Below, piece after piece: positions 14,089 through 25,486 of a DNA stretch of 64,000 nt; position 1 is the first letter of the stretch; each line of letters begins with the position of its first letter. The notes beneath the pieces were generated by a model, which did no database searches, was not told where the DNA came from, and saw nothing but the letters and a program-made list of their open reading frames with translations. The position numbers were made by a program, and so were the translations under genes. Location of the stretch: NCBI GenBank assembly GCA_900088475.1, contig FLMG01001274.1, forward strand, positions 27,296 through 91,295, in the 5' to 3' direction. This DNA comes from Hyphochytrium catenoides (lineage: Eukaryota > Protista > Hyphochytriomycota).

Positions 14089-14718
14089 ATGATGCAGATC
14101 GTTGAGGAGCTTCAAGAAGCAGCACTGAAGCTCTGCTTTATTATTGGGGAAGTGCAGCTTGGTCTCATTGGTTCGCCAATCTTCTCAGCTCTTGAGCCAG
14201 CAAATCAACAGCATATGATTACTACGAAATTGGATAATCTAGTTATTTATGTCTCAAGGATAACATACAGGATACATGGTGCGGCAAAATCTACAAAAAT
14301 CAATAATTAAATCTCTGCATTCTTTTTCTTCTCAATAGTTCCCAAGACAGAGTTATAGCCTTCGCAGACGGCAGCGGCTCACCCAGTATTGCAAATCATT
14401 TGGTTAGTGATGGGCTTGCCACTACTACTTGTAAGTCTTCGGCAAGCAAGATGCAACTGCCATCCTCTTCAATCGCCTAGTGTCAAGAAGGCACTGTCTT
14501 CCACCGGCAGTAAGCCAGCGGAAGGACTTTGGACGTTCGTGGATGAAAAGATTGAGAGCTACATAAAGTTCACCCGTGGACTCCAGTTGCCAAGGGAATT
14601 TGGACCACAGGATGTCCTCGACGGATTATGGATAGAAAATGACGGCAGATATGCCCATCTTGTTTCGTTGCAAGATGAATCTTGCATCCAACATCCGTCT
14701 GGTTCTAGTCAAGCGTGA
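14089..14718 (+). pseudogene. Possible decayed ORF fragment with Walker-B-like segment (P-loop NTPase relic?)
   Basis: Disrupted frames contain LKLCFIIGEVQL (hhhhDE-like) and RVIAFADGSGSPSI, interrupted by stops and frameshifts; the tract is AT-richer than neighbouring genes. Confidence 0.25.
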
Positions 14719-15001
14719 CTTTGGCATTTCTTGTCTGCTTCTAACTTCGAAGATTGTAGTTGGACTCATTTATCGCGGTGATGATACTCTACCTTAACGT
14801 TCTTCTTCTTTCTGCTTGTCGTCCTCGTCGTTACTTATTCGCTGAATACGCTAGCTGCAGATAATCTTCTACTTCTTCTTCTGCCTTTCATGTAGTTGTG
14901 GTTTCTTTTCAGAAGACCGGCATGCACAGGCTGCTTGTCCGGTTATTATTTACTACTTGACAGCCAACAGTCACCAACCTCCTCCTGTTGTCCTTCGGCA
15001 G

Positions 15002-15245
15002 ATACTCATCACCTTACTCATAGCCTATTCACCAGGTTACTCATGGCCTACTGTTCACTCCACTCATAGCCTACTCATAGACGAAGAGCTTGAACAGTAT
15101 TCACTCCTACTCATAGAGGAGGAGGCTCTATGAGTAAGCAGTACTCACTCCTACTTATAGAGGAGGAGGTTCTATGAGTAAGACTCCTCTATGAGTAAGC
15201 AGTATTCATAGTAGGCTCATAGAAGAATATAAGTTATAAGAGTAA
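15002..15245. repeat. Array of TACTCATAG/CTATGAGTA motifs in both orientations, including two tandem 44-bp hairpin units
   Basis: About a dozen exact or near copies. Perfect 11-bp inverted repeat 15108-15118/15126-15136 with loop GAGGAGG. 44-bp units at 15095-15138 and 15139-15182. Confidence 0.9.
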
Positions 15246-15966
15246 CCAGAAAAAATGCCCGAAGCCCATTCGTCTTCACGCATTATGTGCGTGTACTCAT
15301 TGCTCATCTGGTGTATGTCGACCTTCTAATGAAGCGCTGCTGTCTACTAATGGCCACCAGGCTTTCTGTATGTAGCCTTATGTGTCCGACCTCTACCCAT
15401 TGAGAGGTCAGCGGTGCTCTATCAGGACGAAACGCCATAACCATATCCATTGGCAGTACTATTCTGATCCTTACCGCGAACTTGCTCTATCTAGTGTACA
15501 CTGGCTTTCGACTCACATTGTTCTGATTTCTGGCATTTTCTCTTAGACTAGAAGGCGTTCCCTGTCATGTAGTTCATTCGACTATATAGTCTAACAAATG
15601 ATATCACCTTTAACTTATTCCTCCCTACATTCTACTCCTGGCAGCCAGTTAATGAAGTCGTTGACAGGTGTAGCGGGCCTAGTGATAGAGCAAGTGAAGT
15701 AGGTAAATTGAGGGCAATAAGATCTTCAAAAGATGGTCACCGGCCGCCACTTATAGGACTAATCCCCTTAAAGGGCGGAGGGAGGTCTTTGATGTGACCG
15801 AGATGTAGTCATTAGATAAAAGCCACAGGCCCCTCGACACAAGATTCTAACGTGATTGAACAAGGCTCGCGATGCCTTAAGCGAGAAACGGACTTGCATC
15901 GGTATTTTTCCAGAAGTCCACTCACTCGCTGCTAGAGCCAGTTGCCGTAACTGCTAGCGGGAGCCC

Positions 15967-17501
15967 TCAAAAGGTACCACCATTGATTCTGAGAATGTAG
16001 CCGTTGAGATATGCTCCCTCTACAAAGTTCAGGAAGACAGGGTGATCAGGAGGATGACCTAGCTGCTCAAGCACTTGCACAGAAACGCCTGCGTCCTTCG
16101 CTGCTAACCGGATCACCTGCAGCAAGTCATCAGCAGTTACTAATCCTGAGCAGCTAAAGGTGGCTAGAATGCCTCCAGGTCTCAGCAGCTGCATAGCCTG
16201 TAGATTCATGTCCTTATAAGCCTTCAGACCGTTGGGCTTGTTCGCAAGGCGGTCAACCAGCCTGGGCGGGTCCAAGACGATAAGATCAAACTCCCTCTTC
16301 TCATCTCTAAACTTTCGCAAAGCTGTCGGAACATCTCCACGTAGATAGTCCGTCTTAGTGCTTTCATTGGTCCCATTCAGTTGATGATTCACACTTGCAT
16401 ATCGCAATGCCTCCACAGAGCTGTCGATCCCTAGTACAGAGGCGGCCCCCGCCTTGGCAGCAGCTATTTCAAACCCGCCAGTATAGCAGTAACAGCTAAG
16501 GACGTCACGATTGTGTGCATGGGCGGCTACTCTTTCTCGGTTTAGCCATTGATCCAGGTAGAACCCCGACTTCTGTCCTTCTCTAAGGCTCACCGCGTAT
16601 CGCAAGCCTCGTTGCGTAATAAGTACGTCTGGGTTGATGGGCTGTCCATCCGTAGCGACAAGCTGGTGGTCCAAAGGGGTAGAGAGAGGAGAAGAGAGAG
16701 CCTGCAGGACCTTCGGATTAAGGTTCTCTCTCTCTCTGTTTTTATCCACCTTTTTGATGTGAATCTTTAGTTCTTGTCCTTCCTCGACAGTCTCTTGCTT
16801 TAGCACTTCAATGAGTTCCTCAAGCTTCTGCTCGATGACCTTCGCGGAGACAGAGAGCACAAGGTGGTCCGCGTACTTGTCGACGACAAGCCCAGATATC
16901 CCGTCATTCTCTCCATTTAGCAGCCGATAGGCGTTTGTTTGAAGTCCAAGCTCTTTCGCGCTGTCAGATGGCCCGAAGAGGCGGTGCCTGAGCTCGACGG
17001 CTCCCTTTATACGCCTGCGGAAGAGAGAGGAATCGACATCCTCTCCCTCTTTCCTGCTGTAAACTCTAACTCGCAGTGATGCCTCAGGGTTGTATAGACC
17101 CTGGCCTACCACTGCTCGGGTTCTCTCGTCTATTAGTGCAACTCTGTCTCCAAGTGCAGGTCGACCTGCATCCAAAGATGGGTGATTAAGACTCATCAGA
17201 ACCATCAGGTTGGTGAAGTAAGTAGCATCGCAATAGCAGCACGGGATAGCGGAGAAAAAATAGAGACAGAGAGAGAAAAAAGATGGAGAGAGGCTACGAA
17301 GTTGAAGTGGTGGGCAGGCTACGAACTCGAAATGGTCGAGAGGCAGAACTGCATCGTCGAGAGGTCGAGCTGCGTCGTAGAGATGGAGGAGTTATCAATC
17401 AGCATACCTTCCACCTTGGTGATGGCGCTAGCAAAGACCCAAGGATGACCAAAGGTCACAGAGCGGGCCACTCGAGAACTAAGCCACACTCTGGCGCTCA
17501 T
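15967..17501 (-). CDS. rlmI: RlmI-like rRNA cytosine-C5 methyltransferase (PUA + class I SAM domain); intron 17166-17407; upstream targeting exons possible
   Basis: PUA motif GHPWVFASAI (exon 1); YRLLNGENDGISGLVVDKY; GQKSGFYLDQ; CYTGGF; FDLIVLDPP; catalytic TFSCS; HPPDHP. The phase-1 GT-AG intron joins ITKVEG-RPALGD. Confidence 0.9.
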
Positions 17502-18050
17502 GGGTCCAATGAAGCCAAACTACGTTGTTCTCTCCTTGGTCACTGTCAGCACGTTACGGAGCTGCTCTTTCAAAGGACCCCTGACTCTCCTGTGCTCTCT
17601 TTCTTGATATGAGCTTCTCTAGCCCTTCTTCATCCTTTCCTTCCACGTCCGCTCTTCTCTGTCATCGTACCGTTCTTGTCCCGCTGTTTGGTTGGCGGTG
17701 TGACTTCTCGCGCTCATCAGCAGCTAGAGGCGGAAGAGGTGACGCCGCTCCTGATAGGGCGAAGAGACAGAGTAGCTGAGCGAAGAAGACACACAGAGAG
17801 GATCAGAAAGGGAGAGAGAGATTGGTGTGGAAGGGGCCGGCATATCTTTGGATAAGAAGGCGTTTCTGACACTTTAAATCTTTGTGGAATATGAGAGGAG
17901 CGGCGGAGGTTTAGAAACATCAGAATCAACGCCATCTTCGGGGCCTTTAAGCACTGTTATAGGCAGGTGGCTCATAGGCTTAAAGAGTCTCTAGATTTCG
18001 CTTTTTGGGCCGCTAACGGAAAAGTTGAGCTCCCAAATGTTGATGTTGAG

Positions 18051-18225
18051 TCTCTCTCTCTCTCTCTCTCTCTCNNNNNNNNNNNNNNNNNNNNNNNNNN
18101 NNNNNNNNNNCGCTCTCGCTCGCTCTCGCTCTCGCTCGCTCTCGCTCTCGCTCGCTCTCGCTCTCTCGCTGTCTCTCTCTCTCTCTCTCTCTCTCTCGCA
18201 CTCACTCTCTCTCTCTTCCTTTCTC
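18051..18225. repeat. (CT)n/(CTCG)n microsatellite with assembly gap, between divergent genes
   Basis: Directly visible; N run at 18075-18110. Confidence 0.95.
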
Positions 18226-18527
18226 ACGCACATACATACCTCCCGCTCTTCCCTTTTCTGGTTGACCCTTGACCTGATGAAGAAAGATCATACTGGTTGA
18301 TGATGGCACGACGAAGATCTCAATAAAAAGAAGCGCGGAAAGGACACTCCGCAGAGACTCATCGCGCGATCGGCCGAGTCTCACAGCCTGGCCTCTTTAC
18401 CTCTCCTACTGATAGACAGCGGGCGGGCGCCGAGGTGCCTCCGTTGCCCCACTCTCGCACCTTCTGCATGATCGAAGACTCCCCGTTGCCGCCGCAGAGA
18501 AAAGAGGTGTAGCTCATTCCAGAGACG

Positions 18528-21500
18528 ATGCTGGATGAACGTGGCCGCTTAGAGGCGACGACCTCTCTGCCAGTCTTAGCCAGACACCTTCAGGCTCTTG
18601 CTTCGAAGTGCCGCAGCAATAATGGCATCCTTGCAGAAGAGCTGGACAGCGTTATCCTATCGGTGGCCAACCTTATACTGGAGGTGCATCCCTATGCCGC
18701 TACAGGGTCTCTGGCAGAGCTCCGCTCAACAGCACGCACGGGCGGTGAAGAACGTGAAGAGCAGGAAGGCAAGCCTTCACTAGGCTTTCGGCAAGGAGGA
18801 GGAGAAGCAAGGGGTATGCTGGACAACGAGAGCTATGAAGCCTGGCGGTCGCTCTGGCGCCTAGAGCTCCTCTACAGGTATCAGCTCCTCCAGAGAATGC
18901 TCCCAGTGCTGACGTTTGTTGGTGCTGATACTCTTAGAGACGGCGGCTTCACCTTCCGCATACCGATTCTTAGCTTGGAGACTGTCCGGAGAGCGGGCCT
19001 CGCCATCGCCTCCTTGCACCAGTTGATTCATCAGACGTACATAGGAGGAGAGATTATGGCTATCGCAGATTGCAAGCACTTGGTCCTTGAGGTCGGCTTT
19101 GCCCTGATTCAGATCCGGCGTTCCTTTGACGGTGCAGCAAAGAAAGTAAGGGGTATGGAAGAGCGCCCTGTAGGTCGGCCTTCGCCTCTCTTCAGTATAA
19201 GAGACGAGCTAAGACGGGGAGAAAGGGACGAGGGGCTACTGGACCTCTGGCTGGCGCTGGCCAGACTGCCCCGCGAGCTTGCCACATTACTAACAGTCAT
19301 CGGGAATAGCAGTTATTTCCCATCCAGCCCTATAGACATCATGTGGGGCCTCTTGCCTACGTTCAGTCCCTTCTTCTGCCACCACTTCCAGCACGAACCG
19401 AACAGAAGGAACTGGGCCAAGCTGGTGGAGGAGATCTATAAGCTTAAGTTGGAGGACTTGGGCACAAGAGGATCGGCATATGATGACAATCTTGAAGGCT
19501 TATATGTTACGCTCTTTCACGCTGCTGAGAGCTCCTCCCTCTTCGCTCAAATGGCTGTAGAGAGCCCATGCGTGGACCTTTCCTGTGCAGCTCTGAAGGT
19601 AAATACCCAGCAGCCGATAGTGGACATCCATATGAAGGGCCTCTTCCATCTGGGGATCCGCTCCACAAAACGGGGAGACGAAAAGTTGGTGACCTACCAC
19701 AAGTTGATCAGCCAGTGCATTAGGCTGATTGCTCGTACATACGCTCGATTGGGAGGCGACGCTGGAGGGAAGGCGATTCCCCTTGAGCTTCAACAGGTCT
19801 TCGAGAAACATTGTCGGAATGCGCCAGCTTCCGGGCCTGGACAGGAGGGAAACGATGCAGATAGTAAATTTCTTCTGGAGAAGCTTGCCTGCATCCTTTT
19901 TGATGTCCAGATCTTTGGTCGCGCTATCAGACTTGACTTAGAGGACGGTCAGCGCGCTTCCGCCTGTGTTGACCGGCCACAATTTGCTAGAACTCAATTC
20001 TCAAAGCTCCCCTTCAACCACTTCACGATGAGCGTCTACCAAACGAGACGCTTCCAGTTGGCTGAGGATATATCCATCTCAGAGCTGCGTGAGACCTTGC
20101 GAGAGATGCTTCGATTGGGAAATGAGTTGGGTCTATGCGCACTGATGCTTTTACATTTGGGAAAGGAGGGCCTGACCCAAGAGAGCTGGATGTTGGAACC
20201 TGAGCTTGTGGTGAGCTTATGGAAGATTTTGCAGGGCGCCCTGCGACAGGAGGAATGCGTTAGGGCTCTCTACGCGATAGCGTTAGACCACGAGGATGCT
20301 CGGCGACAGAAGCAAAAAGAGAAGGGTGTGACGACGAGCATCTATTCCTCAGATATGAGCATTATTGCGGAGTTCGACCCAAAGAAAGATTCATTGCCAC
20401 CTCCTCTCGTCGCAGGAAAGCTCAAGTTGATTCTCTCTTCGCTATGCTTAGACACTCTGAGGAAGCTGGCGTCGATATCTACCCCTTCTTCGATGCTCCG
20501 ATTGCATGTCGCAGTTACTGACGTCCATTTCCTGCCTAACATACCCTATATACTTCCGCTAGACGATCCAGTCACAGACTTTTTACTAACATTTGCAGCT
20601 CAATTGGGGGAGAAAGAGAGGACGATAGGTCGAAGGCCCTCGTGGGCTCTACTCAAGGTTGTAGACCAGCTGGTGCGGAGTCAGAAAGTGGAAGCTATTG
20701 CCTTTCTTCTGCGCAACCAATTTCTCTGTCAAAAGCTCTACAGAGACATCCAGTCAAACACTGCTCCAGATTCTGACTTTGAAATGCTTTATGCAGAAGA
20801 TTCCCGGCATGTGGAGAACTTCTACACGATTGTATCTCATCCATCCTTCACCCCTGAGAAGGAAAGAGCGGGAGCCCTAATGACACGGGTGTGCTCTCTG
20901 ATAGGGCACTACATGGATATTTACCCGGAAGGGAACTTTCAACACTTTCTTGACGTTCAGAGACGTACGTTTCTCTCCCTTTGTCATATTGCACTTCGCT
21001 TGTGCTCTCAAGGGGCTAGGTTTCCCTCACAGCTCACAGACAATATGGTTCTCAGATGTCTTCTGACTCAAAAGCAAGGTTGGCTAGCTCTGGTGAATTG
21101 TCTGTCCAGTAATGACGCTTTGATCCCCTTCGGTAGCCTATCGGCTCTATATTCTGTTCTTATGAGAGAGTATACTCAACAACCTTTGCCATGCTGGAGC
21201 CGCCCAGATCAAGAAGGAATTGGGAAAGTAGATATTGTGGATTGGCTGAGGGCGGAAGCGTTGCGCTGCTGTGAGAAGAGGCTCCGCTGCGGCAGTGTAG
21301 CACCTGCCTTTCCGGGACAAAGCGCCAGCGATTCTGCCATGCCGGCAGCCGAAGAAAAGGGAGACCAACCCTGCGGAGCAGCTGCCATGGAGGCAAGGGG
21401 AGATAGTGTCTCACGCTCGGCAGCAGCGATGGCCTTCCTAGAGGCAGTCGGCGTCAAAGGAATGGATGCCCGCGCTGCGTGGGCCTCAATCCCTCGGATT

Positions 21501-24500
21501 ATTCAAGGTACGGCGACAAGAGGCCTAGTACTCCTTTTGGACTGTTGTCACGACAGCTCAAGCAATCTCCACCCCGATTTTACTTTGGGGCCCAACCGTC
21601 TTTCCCATTGAGCTCTGCATGTCTGCGTAATCTCGTTTCTTCTCCCTAATTCCTCTGCACGTCGCTAGGACCTTCACAACCGATGCCCTTGGTTGACAAG
21701 AACTCCCTACTCCGGGATGCTCAACGAAAGATCGAAAAGGATGCTGTGCGACTTGGTCCTGCAGATGAGAGGATCGTATACCTTGATCGGTCCCAATTCA
21801 TCCAGTACAGAGCCTTTGAGCAGAAGCCGAATGTCTCCGACCTTCTGCGCAAGTCAAAGCTACGGAAGAACGAGGAGAATAGGGAGACAGATGAAGCTGG
21901 AGGACGAGCGATCCATTCTTTCTCTGTTATGAACATTGCCCGCCAGTGGATATTGGCTTCAAGAAGCTCAGTATCGTTCCCTTCTGAGATGCTTACCTTT
22001 ATCTCTATGACGTCAATGGAGAACTGCTGCATGGAGAACCACGGAAACAGACTTCCCTTTGCCATGACGCCAACAGCTGGTGTTTGCTACTTTGAATGTA
22101 CCCTCGTCTCTGTACCTCAAGATGGTAGTCCCTGGTTTGTCTCTGTAGGGCTGGTACAGGGAGATCATCCTGAGGACTCTTACGTCGGGGACGCGTCTGC
22201 CAAAACCAGAGACAGCTTGTTAGGACTGTCGTCACTGAAGTCAACGAGGACAAGTGTGGGATATCTCAGGTACGTTTACTCTGACGGATACCACTACTCG
22301 CTTTATAATGCTTCGGGTTTCCTTGCTTTCTGGTTTCTCACTTTCCTCACCTTACTGCCTTTGTATCGGACGCCCATGTTTCGCTCCCCGCTTCTCCTTT
22401 TTCACTGATAGCGTCTTGCTGCTGTCCTTTGCTGCCTTGGAGATCATTTACGCTCTGTTCGGCTCACGTTGCCAAGCAGTAGCGGAAAAATCGAGATCTC
22501 CACTGGAACATCGCCCTCTTCAGCTGCTGCGCCAGCTCTTCCCGCCAACGGCGCTTTCACTGAGGGAGATACCGTCGGGGTGGGGCTGGACCAAGTGCTA
22601 GGGACTTTTTTCTTCACAAAGAATGGAGAACTTGTGTTCCCCCGTCCTCGCGCTCGTCCCGACTCCGAACGCAATCAGCACGCAGCTACGGGTGAGTCTA
22701 GGGTAGGAGGGGTATCTGCAACGACCTCAAGCATAAAGAAAAGATCGGGTAAATGTCCAATAAGCGGTGTGGACATATTTGAGCACATCGAATATAGAAG
22801 AGGCAAAGCCTACTCTACTTGGAGAGTGTGAGGAATGTACTTTGAGAACGTTTCAGAGCAGGGGAATCCTCAACAAGCTTACCTCGCCAAAAGACACGTC
22901 CTGTTTGTCTTCTTCCTACTTCTGCACTCTTTTATCTTACCATAGATCATCTCACTTGTTGTCCCTGCACCGTTCCCACCTCCGCACCGTTTCCACCAGA
23001 AGGGTCAGTTGAAAAGAGTCTCAAGAAAAAGCAGAGGATGAATAACCCTGTGGCCTGTGGCTCAAGCCCCGAGTCCGAGCGTCTGGGGCCAGAGTATAAA
23101 ATAGACGCTAGCTCCTTTCCCTTCATCTATGCAGGAATAAGCATCCAAGGACCCGTCGATGTGCTCGTTGGTACCCCAGTGAAAACTCCTACAGCAACCA
23201 AGCTGGCATGGAAGGCAGAATTGGAACGGCTTCGACAGGGGCGGCGTTGTCGCCCATCTCCAGCTAATCCTGACTTCTTAATGAGAGTCTTAATGGGTGT
23301 GAACGCCACTCGCGAAGCTAAGAGTATGAGGGTTCAGAGCAACGACAAAATGAAGAATGAACAGGAGCCCGTTCGTGTGACTCTTTTCTCCTATAGTGAC
23401 AAATCTCTCTCTCCACACGATTTAGGTGGTCACCCCTTCCCCCCGCCTCGTGGGGCGACATGCCACACGTTGGACCGGCGCAATACCTCTTTGGTCTACT
23501 ACGCCGTCAACGCTGTCCCCAAAAAATTCCTGGTTGGCTTGGAGAGAGCTATGGACCACATCACCAGCAGCTATACTCCAGCCATTGACCGTCTATTCTT
23601 TCATTCTGAGCCCGGCAGCTTAAAGAAAACAAATGAAAATGGGACCGATGATAAGAAGATAGAAGCAAGAGAAGTCATTGACCCATTCCGCTTTCCCTAC
23701 GTCCACGGGGCTAGTCCCTTGGCAGATTCAGAGCTAGCGCATTGGTTATGGAGAGCTGGGGCAGGCCGACGTCAGATGTTGAATGGTTCTCCTTACCAGC
23801 TTCTACCTTCGATCTTCTGGGTCTCTGCTGAGGGGGAAACGGAGATCAAATCGGACATCAACGCTGTACCTCCAGATCTGTATCCTGAAGTCTACCCAGC
23901 TTTATCTAGTGTCTTTTCACTCTTGCTTCCTCTTTTTGAGCGGTGCTATCATGGGCCTCTACGTGGGAACGAACTCCAGGTTATTGTGCGCTCTACGGAC
24001 TATGTCTACAAGGCAGGGAACGGGGAGTGGGAGGCGCCAGAGATGCCATGGCATATGGAAGGCTCTCCTGCTGAAGATATTGTCGCTGTTGGCCTCTGTT
24101 TCTTCAACGTGGATCCTTCTCTGGAGACAGGATACGTCTCCTTCAGACAAGTAGAGGAGTTTGAGAAGTACACGGAAGTTCCAGGAACGCGTTACGACGC
24201 CAAGAACAAGCAGTATGCAGATATGATCTTCCCTTACTACGGACAGAAGAGGGACGGAGAGAGGATTGTCGGGAGCTACGTCCTGGACTCGCCTTTTCCA
24301 ATTGAGGAAGGCGGCCTCGTTGCCTTTAAGAACAATATTCAGTATAAGATTGACTTGCCCACTCGGCTGCGTCCCGGAGAGACAGACAGTGACACAGACA
24401 AATCCCTGCGAGTGTTGACCTTTCTCCTTGTCTGCCCCCGGCACCGCATTCTCTCGACCAGAGAAGTACCTGTTTCGCAGAAAGAAGTGCGTACATTCCA

Positions 24501-24864
24501 GGTACTAGCGACTTTGGAAGAGCTGGCAAGAACCATTAGCGCAGGACGTCTACACTTCCCGATGGAGGTTCAGATGACGATATTAAGCTTTCTTCCTAAT
24601 GAAGGGCTCAGCCTCTCCGCTGCCTGGAAGCACCGCGAGCGGTTGTCCCGCGAGAGAAGGCTCTTGTGTGCTGAGAAGAGCTTCTATGCCGAGCTGACAG
24701 TGCCAAAGTGGCGACAGATCCAGAAAAGAGTCATCCTGCAGCGGAGGTCCCTAAAAATGGGGGAAGGCGATGAAGATGATGAGTCTTCTGATGATGAGGA
24801 ATGGGGCCGCTCATACTATGATATGGACCTTGATCGAGGTTTTGAGGATGAATCGGACTATTAA
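18528..24864 (+). CDS. Large protein (~1,900 aa): helical N-terminus + SPRY domain + C-terminal DUF4246 (2OG-Fe(II)-oxygenase-like); 4 exons
   Basis: Introns 21508-21668, 22270-~22479 and 22692-22945 are phase-consistent. SPRY motifs: CYFECTLV, FVSVGLV, SVGYL, FTEGDTVGVGLD...FFFTKNGE, FIYAGISI. DUF4246 motifs: YQLLPS, IKSDIN, LQVIVR, WHMEGSPAEDIVAVG, LVAFKNNIQ, LTFLLVCPRHRILST..VP, A.KHRERL..ER. Confidence 0.75.
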
Positions 24865-25486
24865 CGAGAATGGAAGCAGGCTCCCTCACTACAGGCGGGA
24901 GGGAGGCAATCAGAGGAAGGCCACGGAGGTGGTACTGGCAACCATGAGGAGTGTGCTCGAGAGCGCCAAAGCGATTTGAAGACGTGTCTCTCTTAGTGTC
25001 CATTGGCAGAGTAGACAGTGGATAACAGACGAACTGAAGATGAAGAGATAATCCCTTCCCAGGCTTCCACTTTATAATGTAGGGAAGTTTTCGTAGGTAA
25101 GTAGGGAGTGAGTAGGTTAGACTACCTTCTCACAGCTATGTTTTAATGTTAAAACTGGTACAAGGACAGATGAAAGCACTGCGTGAGCTCAATAAAATCT
25201 GGAAAGGGCGAGTAGTGAACAAGATAGAGCGAGATCCCATAAGCGGCTGCAGAGAGGGCCATTATATTCTTTCACGGTGCAGGAACTCGAAGGTAAGCTG
25301 CCACTACGGCCGTGGCGAGCGAGGCGGGAGGCTCCTCCAGGAAAAGAAGCTTCGCACACAGAAGGGAGAGAAAAAGTAGACCGAACAACTTTGGGGAAGA
25401 AGAGAGACAGTGAAGTTCTCTTTGACCATCCTTCCCACGGCTTACTTCAACGCACGATGTAAACAAATCGCTACTGCTACCCAGGG

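Noticed and set aside
15095-15182. CRISPR-like palindromic repeats
   Set aside because: Only two adjacent units with no unique spacers, no cas genes, and a eukaryotic context.
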